The notes under the pieces are model-generated. The model searched no databases. It saw only the letters and a program-made list of their open reading frames with translations, and was not told where the DNA came from. From Alphaproteobacteria bacterium (GTDB lineage Bacteria > Pseudomonadota > Alphaproteobacteria > MPNO01 > UBA830): a stretch of 64,000 nucleotides of DNA. Of the stretch, positions 20,247-29,249 are shown one piece after another. Every line of letters begins with the position of its first letter. The first letter of the stretch is position 1. Position numbers and translations under genes: made by a program. The stretch lies in assembly GCA_965243135.1 (NCBI GenBank), contig OZ251539.1, positions 2,656,001 through 2,720,000 on the forward strand, written 5' to 3'.

Positions 20247-20368
20247 GCCGTTTCCGCCGGGAATTTCGCCGTTCCGACATCGCAGGCGCGAACGGGCGGA
20301 GCCGAAAAAACAGCGCGGCGCAAGCGCCTGCTTTTGACAGCTCAGCCACGGCGGCCTACTCTCTTCGA
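20247..20368 (+). repeat. ~120-bp direct repeat, copy A (recurs at 21989-22110)
   Basis: GCCGTTTCCGCCGGGAATTTC...GCGCAAGCGCCTGCTTTTGACA...CCTACTCT repeated ~1.74 kb downstream. Confidence 0.85.
20334..20362 (+). promoter_or_regulatory. Sigma70-type promoter, probably producing a leaderless mRNA
   Basis: TTGACA-N17-TACTCT, then 6 nt, then ATG (20369); no Shine-Dalgarno. Confidence 0.7.
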
Positions 20369-21901
20369 ATGGCGAAACACATGCTTCCGATCGGCTTGAC
20401 ATCCCTGCGGAAAATCCGGGGGATGGACTGCTACTACGTCGACAAGACGGACCATGTGCGCCGCCTCGTCGAGGGTGGTCAATATTATTTCCTGTCGCGT
20501 CCGCGCCGGTTCGGCAAGACCCTGCTGGTGGACACGCTGCAGGAGTTGTTCGAGGGAAGCGAGGAGCCGTTCCGGGGCCTCGCCATACACGACGGGTGGG
20601 ACTGGTCGGCGCGCCATCCGGTCGTGCGGCTGGATTTCAGCGGCGTGGGCGATTTCGACACCCCGGACGGGGTTCGGGGAACCGTGGAAAGGCAACTGGC
20701 TGCGACGGAGAGGCGCGCCGGCCTCGAACCGGGCCCCGCCGGTGCGGCGGTTCGTTTCCACGAGTTGATCGAAGCCCTGCACGAGCGCACCGGGCGGCGG
20801 GCGGTCGTGCTGGTGGACGAATACGACAAGCCGATTCTGGACGCGCTCGGCGACCGGGAGCTGGCGCTGGCCAACCGCGACTTCCTGCGCAGCCTGTACG
20901 GGGTGATCAAGGCCTGCGACAGGCATCTCCGTTTCGTTTTCCTGACGGGGGTGAGCAAGTTATCGGGCCTGTTCTCGGGCCTGAACAACCTGCGCGACAT
21001 CACGCTGGCGCCGGAGTTCTCTGACATCTGCGGCTGCACGGACGACGAGCTGGACGCGGTCTTCGCCCCGGAACTCGAAGGCCTGGACCGGGACGAGATC
21101 CGGCGCTGGTACAACGGCTACAACTGGTGCGGGCCGGAGAGGCTCTACAATCCGTTCGGCCTCCTGCTGCTGTTCGCCGAGCGCAAGTTCGGCAACTACT
21201 GGTTCCAGAGCGGCACGCCGACCTTCCTGGTGGAGACGCTGGCGCGCCGCAACCTGCCCACTCCCCGCCTGGACGGCATGATCGGCAGCGAGAGCCTGCT
21301 CTCGGCCTTCGACGTGGACAGGATTTCGGTCGAGGCGCTTCTGTTCCAGACCGGCTACCTCACCATCGTCGGCGAGGAGGACGGGCGCTACCGGCTGGGC
21401 TACCCGAACCTCGAGGTGCGCCAAAGCTTGGGCGAGGCCCTGCTGGAAGAACTGCTCCCGGTCGAGGCCCGCGAGGAGACGGAGAACCTGCGGCTGGGCG
21501 AACTGCTGGAGGCGAACGACTTCAAGCGTCTCGAAACCCTGTTCCGCGGCATTTTCGCCGCCATCCCGCACCAGTGGTACGCGACCAGCCCGGTCGCGAA
21601 GTACGAGGCCCACTACGCGAGCGTCATCCACAGCTGCTTCCTGATGGAGGGCTTCGAGCCGGTGGCCGAGGACAGCGGCAGCCGGGGGCGCGCCGACATG
21701 GCGATCCGCGGCGGCGGGCGCGTCTACCTGTTCGAGTTCAAGGTGGTGGAGCGCGGGCGGGAGGGGACCGCGCTCGCGCAGTTGCGGGAGAAGGGCTATG
21801 CGGACAAGTATCGCCGCCTCGGGCGTTCGGTCCACCTGATCGGGGTGGAGTTCAGCCGCACGGAGCGCAACGTCGTCGGCTTCGATTGCGAGACCGCCTG
21901 A
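20369..21901 (+). CDS. AAA-ATPase-like domain + PD-(D/E)XK nuclease (DUF1703-type), intact copy 2
   Basis: RPRRFGKT, VDEYDKP, FLTGV, WYNGY, YNPF, RAD..EFK. Confidence 0.9.
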   Translation: MAKHMLPIGLTSLRKIRGMDCYYVDKTDHVRRLVEGGQYYFLSRPRRFGKTLLVDTLQELFEGSEEPFRGLAIHDGWDWSARHPVVRLDFSGVGDFDTPDGVRGTVERQLAATERRAGLEPGPAGAAVRFHELIEALHERTGRRAVVLVDEYDKPILDALGDRELALANRDFLRSLYGVIKACDRHLRFVFLTGVSKLSGLFSGLNNLRDITLAPEFSDICGCTDDELDAVFAPELEGLDRDEIRRWYNGYNWCGPERLYNPFGLLLLFAERKFGNYWFQSGTPTFLVETLARRNLPTPRLDGMIGSESLLSAFDVDRISVEALLFQTGYLTIVGEEDGRYRLGYPNLEVRQSLGEALLEELLPVEAREETENLRLGELLEANDFKRLETLFRGIFAAIPHQWYATSPVAKYEAHYASVIHSCFLMEGFEPVAEDSGSRGRADMAIRGGGRVYLFEFKVVERGREGTALAQLREKGYADKYRRLGRSVHLIGVEFSRTERNVVGFDCETA

Positions 21902-21988
21902 AGCCGAGCGAGTTCGACGTCCCGCTGGCGGCCCACGCATGGCCGCCGCCCGCTCCGCGGGCCCGGCTTGGCTTCGTCGGGAGCAGCA

Positions 21989-22110
21989 GCCGTTTCCGCC
22001 GGGAATTTCACCATTCCGGCATCGCAGGCGCGAACGGGCGGAGCTGAAGAAAACAGCGCGGCGCAAGCGCCTGCTTTTGACAACTCAGCCACGGCGGCCT
22101 ACTCTCTGGC
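21989..22110 (+). repeat. ~120-bp direct repeat, copy B, with TTGACA-N17-TACTCT (22077-22105)
   Basis: Direct comparison with 20247-20368. Confidence 0.85.
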
Positions 22111-22117
22111 GAAACGC

Positions 22118-22990
22118 ATGCTCGGCTTGACCTCCCTCTGGAAAATCCGGACGAGGGACTGCTACTATGTGGACAAGACGAAGCATGTGCGCCGCCTCGT
22201 CGAAGGGGGCGATTACTACTTCCTGTCGCGTCCGCGCCGGTTCGGTAAGACCCTGCTGGTGAACACGCTGCAGGAGTTGTTCGAGGGAAGCGAGGAGTTG
22301 TTCCGGGGCCTCGCCATACACGACGGGTGGGACTGGTCGGCGCGCCGATGCGGCTGGATTTCAGCGGGGTAGGAGATTTCGACACTCCGGACGGGGTTCG
22401 GGAAACCGTGGAAGCGCAGCTGGAAGAGACGGAGATGCAGGCCGGTCTCGAACCGGGTCCCGCCGCCGGGGCGGCGGTCCGTTTCCGGCGCCTGCGCTGC
22501 ACGAGCGCACCGGGCAGCGGACGGTCGTGCTGGTGGACGAACAAGCCGGTCCGCGCTCGGCAACCGGGAGCTGGCGCTGGCCAACTGCGATTTCCTGCGC
22601 AGCCTGTACGGCGTGATCAAGGCCTGCAACAGGCATCTCCGCTTCGTTTTCCTGACGGGAGTGAGCAAGTTATCGGGCCTGTTCTCGGGCCTGAACAATC
22701 TGAACGACATCACGCTAGGACGAGCGCTACGGCACCATCTGCGGTTACACGGACGCGGAACTGGACGCGGTCTTCGCCCCGGAACTCGAGGGCCTGGACC
22801 GGGACGAAATCCGCCGCTGGTACAACGGCTACAACTGGCTCGGACCGGAGAGGGCCTACAACCCGTTCGGCCTCCTGTTGCTGTTCGACAAACGCAAGTT
22901 CGGCAACTACTGGTTCCATAGCGGCACGCCGACCTTCCTGACGCTGACGCGCCGCGACCTGCCCACTCCCGACCTGGACGGCATGGCCGG
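22118..22990 (+). pseudogene. AAA-ATPase/PD-(D/E)XK gene copy 3, multiply frameshifted and 3'-truncated
   Basis: Fragments YYVDKTK..RPRRFGKT, FLTGVSKLSGLFSGLNNL, FGNYWFHSGTPTFL; ends after LPTPDLDGM. Confidence 0.9.
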
Positions 22991-23063
22991 CGGTTACGCG
23001 CCGCTTCGCGAAGGCTCTGCCGCGGGCGACGTCCGGAACCGCGCCGCTTCCCCCGGAGAAAAG

Positions 23064-23531
23064 TTACGCGTCCGGCTTCGCCGGCCACGGTATTCGGCGA
23101 TATTCGATTCCTTCGTCCCGAAGTTCGGACGCCTCTTCGGACGAAGCTTCTCCGTAGATCGACCTTGGCTCGGATTCGCCGTAATGAATCTTGCGCGCCT
23201 CTTCGGGAAATTTCTCGCCAACGTAATCGCTGTTTTCCTGCACGTATTTCTTGAGCTGGTGCACGGCCTCGACGTATTCGCTCAACTTCTTGTCGGCCGG
23301 CGTCAACGCGGCGTTGGGAGGCTCGCGCGGCGTCAACGCGGCGTCGGGAGGCTCGCGGCCTTTGGACAATCCGCCGAGCCGCGGCGCGACAGGTCCCTTC
23401 CGCACGCGGGACTCGCCGCACACCGGGCATGCGATCTCGCCTGCGTCGGCCTGTTTCCTGAAAGTCTCGCCATCCTTGAACCATCCTTCGAAGGTATGGC
23501 CTTTGCGGCAGGTGACGTCGAACACGATCAT
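23064..23531 (-). CDS. DUF1178 family protein
   Basis: CxxxHxFEGWF, CPVCG, YVGEKFPEEARKIHYGE. Confidence 0.9.
   Translation of the reverse strand: MIVFDVTCRKGHTFEGWFKDGETFRKQADAGEIACPVCGESRVRKGPVAPRLGGLSKGREPPDAALTPREPPNAALTPADKKLSEYVEAVHQLKKYVQENSDYVGEKFPEEARKIHYGESEPRSIYGEASSEEASELRDEGIEYRRIPWPAKPDA
23298..23357. repeat. In-frame 30-bp tandem duplication in the DUF1178 gene
   Basis: Encodes REPPDAALTP-REPPNAALTP; 1 mismatch. Confidence 0.85.
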
Positions 23532-23622
23532 GACAACGAATTTACGACCAAATTCGATTTTGCCAAGCGTTCATTTCCTTGCCGGAAAGCGCTGGGCCGC
23601 GGCGGAACCGGCGTCGCCCGGT

Positions 23623-24594
23623 TCACGGCGTCCGGCTCGCCGCTCGACAAGGCGGCGCGTCGCCCGCCGCCGCGAACCGCCGCGCGTTGGCGAGCGACGG
23701 TATCGCTTGCCGCGCCTGCCGAACCCGAGCGGGGTCGATGTCGGCGACGATCACGCCGGGCTCCTCGTCGGCCTCGGCGACGACCCGGCCCCAAGGATCC
23801 ACGATCAGCGAATGGCCGTAGGTGCGGCGCGCTCCGGCGTGTTCCCCGCATTGCGCCGCCGCGAATATCCAGCACCCCGTCTCTATCGCGCGGGCGCGCA
23901 GCAATACGTGCCAGTGCGCCTGTCCGGTCTTTCTGGTAAATGCCGAGGGTACGCCGATGAAGTCCGCGCCCGCCTCGGCCAGATGGGCGTACAGCGACGG
24001 AAAGCGAACGTCGTAACAGATCGTGAAACCCAGCCTGCCCCAAGGCAAATCAGCGCAAACCGCGCGATCGCCCGGCTCGTAGGTGTCGGATTCGCGGTAG
24101 GCTTCGCCGTCTTCCAGATCGACGTCGAACATGTGAATCTTGTCGTAACGAGCGGCGATCGCGCCGCCAGGATCGACCAGATAGCCGCGATTGGCGATCC
24201 GGTCGCCCTCCAGGACGGTGGCGATAGACCCGACATGCAGCCAGATCCCCAACTCGTCAGCAAGCGCAGCGAAAGCCGACAAGGGAACGCTTTCTCCGGA
24301 AGCCTTTCGCTTCAGGGCGGCGCGATCCGGTTCGATCAGCGCTGCGCACTCCGGAAGAGAAACGAGATCCGCGCCTTCCCCGGCGGCCCTTCGAACGAGC
24401 TTCGATGCCGCGTCCACGTTGGGACCGATCTCGTTGCCGGCACTGACCTGCACGCAGGCGAGGCGGAAAGAACCCGACGCCGCCCGCGGTCGAGCGACGC
24501 CGGGTTCGCTCCGCCCGGCGCCGTCCCGCTCCGCTTCGAGCGGGCCGCGGGAAGTCGCGACGACGGGGGATCGCCGAGCCGAAGCAGAAACCAT
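23623..24594 (-). CDS. Carbon-nitrogen hydrolase (Nit1-like)
   Basis: LPE, YDKIHMFDV, ICYDVRFP (E-K-C triad), RARAIE; start uncertain and probably further downstream. Confidence 0.9.
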   Translation of the reverse strand: MVSASARRSPVVATSRGPLEAERDGAGRSEPGVARPRAASGSFRLACVQVSAGNEIGPNVDAASKLVRRAAGEGADLVSLPECAALIEPDRAALKRKASGESVPLSAFAALADELGIWLHVGSIATVLEGDRIANRGYLVDPGGAIAARYDKIHMFDVDLEDGEAYRESDTYEPGDRAVCADLPWGRLGFTICYDVRFPSLYAHLAEAGADFIGVPSAFTRKTGQAHWHVLLRARAIETGCWIFAAAQCGEHAGARRTYGHSLIVDPWGRVVAEADEEPGVIVADIDPARVRQARQAIPSLANARRFAAAGDAPPCRAASRTP

Positions 24595-24651
24595 GTTCGT
24601 GCAGCCTGAAATTTCGCGGTTCGAAATATAACGGCGCGATGGGAATTCGTC

Positions 24652-24691
24652 ATCCTCGGCGCCGAGCCCGGATCCTCGGCGCCGAGCCCGG
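24652..24691. repeat. Perfect 20-bp tandem repeat, each unit containing a 12-bp palindrome
   Basis: ATCCTCGGCGCCGAGCCCGG twice; palindrome CTCGGCGCCGAG. Confidence 0.85.
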
Positions 24692-25229
24692 GAAGTCCGG
24701 AGGAGAACGGCAGGCGGTAGTTGCCGACATCGGACGGCGCGCGGTCCGCCATGCAGGATTCGCGAACTCCTCGCCGCGGCCGCTACGGAAACGCGCATCG
24801 GTCACCCTGCAGGTAGCGACGGCGCGAACCGAGAGAGCGCGCCGTTGCGCTCGTCGTCATAGATCCGCCGTTCCGCCGCCCTGAGCGCAGGTGCGTTCGA
24901 GGGTCAAGCTTTTCTCGTGGAGGCGCAAGCCCGGTCCGTCGAGACGCGAGCCTGCGACGCCCCGCGCCTTTCCGACGAACGGCGGATTCTTCGACAATCC
25001 TGCGACGCTCTCGCGCTGCCGTCAGCCTGTGTCGCGCTTCGCGCAGGGCCGCTCCCCGAGGGGTCGACGGCTTCGGGAGTCAACCACGGACTGACCGGTC
25101 CGCCGGAACGAGCGATGAGACGTCCCAAGCGGCGCTTCCTCGGGCCGAAAGGGCGAGCCGCGCCGTCGAGCGTTTCGGCGAACCGCCGGTTCCGCGCCGA
25201 CGACGACCGCGGGAGAAATTCCCGGCGGA

Positions 25230-25946
25230 TCAGCGTTCGGTCAGCAGGCGTCCGTAGCCGGGCACGGAATCGCCTATGTCGAGCAAGCGCAGCGCATGCC
25301 AAAGCATGGCCTGATTGCTGGTGACCGCCGGCTTGCCGATATCCGCTTCGACGGATTCGATCGCCTCGATCGCCCGAACGGCGGTGCAGCTGATGAACGC
25401 GGCATCCGAGCCGGGCTCGTCCTGCGCGTTGACGCGGCGGCGCCATTCCTCCGGTTCGACCGCCAGCATCGCGGCCCCGTCTCCCGCGATGCCCATTCCG
25501 GTTTCCGACAACACCTCGATGCCGTGCGACTCCAGAAACGCGACCTCCCGGTCGTTGGTCTCCTGAATGTATGGCGTGGTGAGCGTGATCTTCTCTGCGC
25601 CGAAAGCCTCGAACGCCCCGAGACACGCCTTGGATGTCGATGTCGCGTTCCGGCCCGTCGCGTTTACGATGCGGTCTATGATCGCGTCGTCGAAACCGGG
25701 CGCGAACATCGAGGCGGCCGTGCAATGGAACACGATCAGATCGACGTCCGCGTCGGCCAGCAGCGTCGCGCTCCGCTCCACATCCGAGATCATCTCCCTG
25801 ACATGCTCTTCGCGGCTGGACATCAGCTTCATCCGCGTAGTGTGCAGCGACACGCCGTCCGGCAGCAGGGAGCCGATTTGCGGTTCCGCAGCCTGGTTTA
25901 CCGAAGGCAGCAGCATGCCGATGCGAGCGCGCGTACCGTATCTCAT
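25230..25946 (-). CDS. Maleate cis-trans isomerase/Asp-Glu racemase family protein
   Basis: IGMLLPSVN, FHCTAAS, TPY, ISCTA, TSNQA (two catalytic Cys). Confidence 0.88.
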   Translation of the reverse strand: MRYGTRARIGMLLPSVNQAAEPQIGSLLPDGVSLHTTRMKLMSSREEHVREMISDVERSATLLADADVDLIVFHCTAASMFAPGFDDAIIDRIVNATGRNATSTSKACLGAFEAFGAEKITLTTPYIQETNDREVAFLESHGIEVLSETGMGIAGDGAAMLAVEPEEWRRRVNAQDEPGSDAAFISCTAVRAIEAIESVEADIGKPAVTSNQAMLWHALRLLDIGDSVPGYGRLLTER

Positions 25947-25984
25947 CCCCGCTCCCCTTCGTCGCGCCGGACAACACCCGGCAT

Positions 25985-26413
25985 TCAGAGGTATTTCGCC
26001 AGATCCGGCTGGCCCGGCACCATTTCGATGTCGGGATCCATGTACACCCACGGCAGTGCGCTGTCGGTCCAGATGTTGAGCTTGATCGGCACCCAGCCGG
26101 GATCGTCAAGCGTCCCTGCGTAGACTACCCGAAGTTGCGGCCGGGCCGACGGAATCGAGAACAGAACCGTGCCGCATTTGTCGCAAAAATTGACGGCGAT
26201 CGCGTTGCCGCTGTCCGCGATCCGGGTGCGGGCGGCGGGCGCGCCCTTGTCCAGCGCGAGGGCTTCGGTCCTTACCTGCATGGATATCCCGAAAGCGCTC
26301 CCGGTGCGTCTCTGGCATTCGGTGCAATGACAGCAGTAGGAGATCAGCGGTTCGCCGGTAACGCGATAACGGATCTCGCCGCAGGCGCAACCGCCTTCAT
26401 AGGGCGCGGGCAT
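25985..26413 (-). CDS. GFA/CENP-V family Zn-binding protein
   Basis: GGCACG, CHCTECQR, FCDKCG. Confidence 0.9.
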   Translation of the reverse strand: MPAPYEGGCACGEIRYRVTGEPLISYCCHCTECQRRTGSAFGISMQVRTEALALDKGAPAARTRIADSGNAIAVNFCDKCGTVLFSIPSARPQLRVVYAGTLDDPGWVPIKLNIWTDSALPWVYMDPDIEMVPGQPDLAKYL

Positions 26414-26514
26414 TTAGTATCCTTCCCTCACCGTATATTCTCCGTTGATCAAATATACGGCGCGTTTCGCGTCGATGGCGAATCGACGACGGGAGGCCGC
26501 AGGGAGATCCTCGC

Positions 26515-27549
26515 ATGTTTCTGAAGAACTGCTGGTACGCGGCCGCGCATGCGCGCGAACTCGAAGACGGAGGCCCTCTCGGACGAACGCTCCTGAACGA
26601 ACCCGTCGCGATGTACCGCGCTTCGAACGGATCGGTCGCAGCGCTCGAGGACCGCTGTTGCCACCGGCATCTCCCCCTGTCGCTGGGCGCCGTGGTCGGA
26701 GACCGGCTGCGATGCGGCTATCACGGGCTCGAATTCGACGTCTCGGGTCGTTGCGTCGCCGTTCCCGGACAATCGCGAATACCGCCGGGCGCGGCAGTCA
26801 AATCTTATCCGCTCGTCGAGAAGCACGGCTTCCTGTGGATCTGGATGGGCGAAGCGCCGCCGGACGCCTCAATGATTCCGGACTGGTGGTGGGTCGACGA
26901 CCCGGGTTGGGGGTTCAATCCCGGCCGCCTGCTCCATATCCGATGCCACTATGAACTTGTCACCGACAACCTGCTCGACCTGTCCCACCTCGGCTACGTG
27001 CACCGCGGGACGCTGGGAAACGACGCCATCGTGGACTTTCCGGTCAGAACCGAGCGAAACGGCGATATGGTGCGCATGACGAGATGGATCCTGGATCGTC
27101 CGCCGCCGCCGCTGTTCAAGACCGCCGGAGACTTCGAAGGAACCGTCGACCGCTGGCAGATCGTCGAGACGACGACGCCCGGCCACACCGTGGTCTACGC
27201 CGGCTGCGGCCCCGTCGGCGCGGGCGACGGCTCGGCGGAATACGACGAAGGCATCCACATTCGCGCGCTCAACGCGCCGACGCCGGAAACCGAGACGTCC
27301 ACGTTCTATTTCTACGGCCATGCGTGGGATTTTCGCATCCACGACGCCGCGTGGAAGCGACAGATGCACGACGGCTTCCTCCAAACGTTTCTGGAAGACG
27401 CGGCGATACTGGAAGCGCAGCAACGCTCGCTCGACCGCGACCCCGACCGGCCGCTGGTCGACATCGGCGTGGATGCGCCGGGCCTCGCCTCGCGGCGCGC
27501 GCTGGCCGCGCGCATCCGAACGGAACGCCGGACAAAACCCGCGAAGTAG
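26515..27549 (+). CDS. Rieske oxygenase alpha subunit, VanA/TsaM-like
   Basis: CCHR..CGYHG; DNLLDLSHLGYVH; ED..ILEAQQ. Confidence 0.92.
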   Translation: MFLKNCWYAAAHARELEDGGPLGRTLLNEPVAMYRASNGSVAALEDRCCHRHLPLSLGAVVGDRLRCGYHGLEFDVSGRCVAVPGQSRIPPGAAVKSYPLVEKHGFLWIWMGEAPPDASMIPDWWWVDDPGWGFNPGRLLHIRCHYELVTDNLLDLSHLGYVHRGTLGNDAIVDFPVRTERNGDMVRMTRWILDRPPPPLFKTAGDFEGTVDRWQIVETTTPGHTVVYAGCGPVGAGDGSAEYDEGIHIRALNAPTPETETSTFYFYGHAWDFRIHDAAWKRQMHDGFLQTFLEDAAILEAQQRSLDRDPDRPLVDIGVDAPGLASRRALAARIRTERRTKPAK

Positions 27550-27583
27550 GCTAAACTTGGACGTTCATTAAGGGAGAGTTCGC

Positions 27584-28633
27584 ATGTTCCTTCGCAACGC
27601 ATGGTACGTGGGCGCCTGGGGCACGGAAGTCGGTCGTCAAAACCTGCTCCGGAGAACCCTGCTGAACGAACCGGTCGTGTTTTACCGCCAGGAGGACGGC
27701 GCGCCGGTCGCCCTCGCGGACAAGTGCGCCCACCGGCATGCGCCGCTGTCGGCGGGACGGCTCGTCGGAGACGACATCGAATGCCCCTATCACGGCCTGA
27801 CCTACAATTCCGGCGGCGAATGCGTGCGCGTGCCCGGCCAATCGACGATTCCGCCGGGCTGCCGCGTGCGGTCGTATCCAACCGTGGAACGCTATCAGTG
27901 GATCTGGATCTGGATGGGCGATCCGGCGCTCGCGGATCCGGAAAGCATCGAGGATTTCCACTGGATGGACGACCCGGACTGGCGCGCCAAGGGAGAGTTG
28001 ATGCACCTGCGGGCGAACTACAAGCTGCTTGTCGAGAACCTGCTCGACCTCTCTCACCTGACGTTCATTCACAAGACGACGCTCGGCACCGACGCGATCG
28101 CCGAAACGCCCATGAAATTCGAGCGCGGCGACGACCGCGTCACCGTGACCCGCTGGATAATGGATTCGCCCGCGCCGCCCTTCTTCAACAAGGCCGGAGG
28201 ATTCCGGGAAGGCGAACACGTGGATCGCTGGCAGCATATAACCTGGACGCCCCCGGCCTTCGTCAGGCTGGACATCGGGGCGGCGAGAGCCGGCACCGGA
28301 GCGATCGACGGGAACCGGTCGCAGGGCTTCACGATGCGCAACCTCAACGCCATCACCCCGGAGACGGAAAAGACGACCCACTATTTCTGGGCGCAGGCGC
28401 ACGATTTCCGGATCGACGAACCGTGGATCACCGATCTCCTTGTGCAGAACATTCACGAAGCCTTCCTCGAAGACCTCTGGATCATCGGCCTTCAGCAGGA
28501 AAACCTCGATTGCGGCGCAACGCCGCCCCGCGTCGACATCAACCACGACGGCGGCGGTCTCCAGGCGATCCGAATGCTGGACACGCTGATCGACGCCGAG
28601 AGCCGTCCGAGAGCTGCGCGGGCGGCGGAATGA
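27584..28633 (+). CDS. Rieske oxygenase alpha subunit, VanA/TsaM-like (paralog)
   Basis: CAHR..CPYHG; ENLLDLSHLTFIH; GGGAGAG RBS. Confidence 0.92.
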   Translation: MFLRNAWYVGAWGTEVGRQNLLRRTLLNEPVVFYRQEDGAPVALADKCAHRHAPLSAGRLVGDDIECPYHGLTYNSGGECVRVPGQSTIPPGCRVRSYPTVERYQWIWIWMGDPALADPESIEDFHWMDDPDWRAKGELMHLRANYKLLVENLLDLSHLTFIHKTTLGTDAIAETPMKFERGDDRVTVTRWIMDSPAPPFFNKAGGFREGEHVDRWQHITWTPPAFVRLDIGAARAGTGAIDGNRSQGFTMRNLNAITPETEKTTHYFWAQAHDFRIDEPWITDLLVQNIHEAFLEDLWIIGLQQENLDCGATPPRVDINHDGGGLQAIRMLDTLIDAESRPRAARAAE

Positions 28634-28799
28634 CGCGCGGCCATGCCGCGTTTCCGCTCTGGATCTCGTCTTTTCAAGACAGCTCGTCGATTCCCGTCCT
28701 TCGAAAAAAACGCGCGGTCGGCGCTCGTCGTTGTCTGGTCGTCGAACTCGACAAAACCTGGGACGGGTAAGTCGAACTGCCCTGACGACGGCGGGCGTT

Positions 28800-29130
28800 C
28801 CGTGCGCATACCTCAGAGAATAAGAAAAGTCGCCGGGACAACTTTTGAGATCGTTCACGGAGCGACCTCCGTCCCGCCGCGGAGGACCCGTCGAGATTTT
28901 TGCTCGCGGTCGCCGGAAAACGGGCATGTTCTCGACATGACTTGCGACGGACCGCCGCCCCAACCGCGTCGGCAGCGACGCCCTCGCCCGCCAAGCTCGT
29001 TCGGTTGCGTGGGCCTGCCGCAAGCTCGCCGGCGCCAGGCCGTTCGAGAGCGGACCAGGGAGGTCTTCCGACGCCCGACCGGAGGCTTCGCTTCCCGCAC
29101 CGCCGCCGCCTCGCCGCGCTTGGCAACGAA
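28800..29130 (+). pseudogene. Second ISAs1-family transposase relic
   Basis: GTTFEIVHGATSVPP...ENGHVLDMTCD; inverted homolog of ~13960-14290. Confidence 0.55.
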
Positions 29131-29249
29131 CGCCTCCCTCAACCGCCCCGTGCTCCGATTCGCCCTAGCGGCAGCCGCGCGAACTTTTATTTTTCCTTCC
29201 TTGCAGCGTCGCAGACCATTCTCCGTCCGCGCGCCCGCTCCGGGCGCGG

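Noticed and set aside
13829-24691. Short repeats as CRISPR arrays
   Set aside because: Each has only two adjacent units with no spacers, and no cas genes are present.
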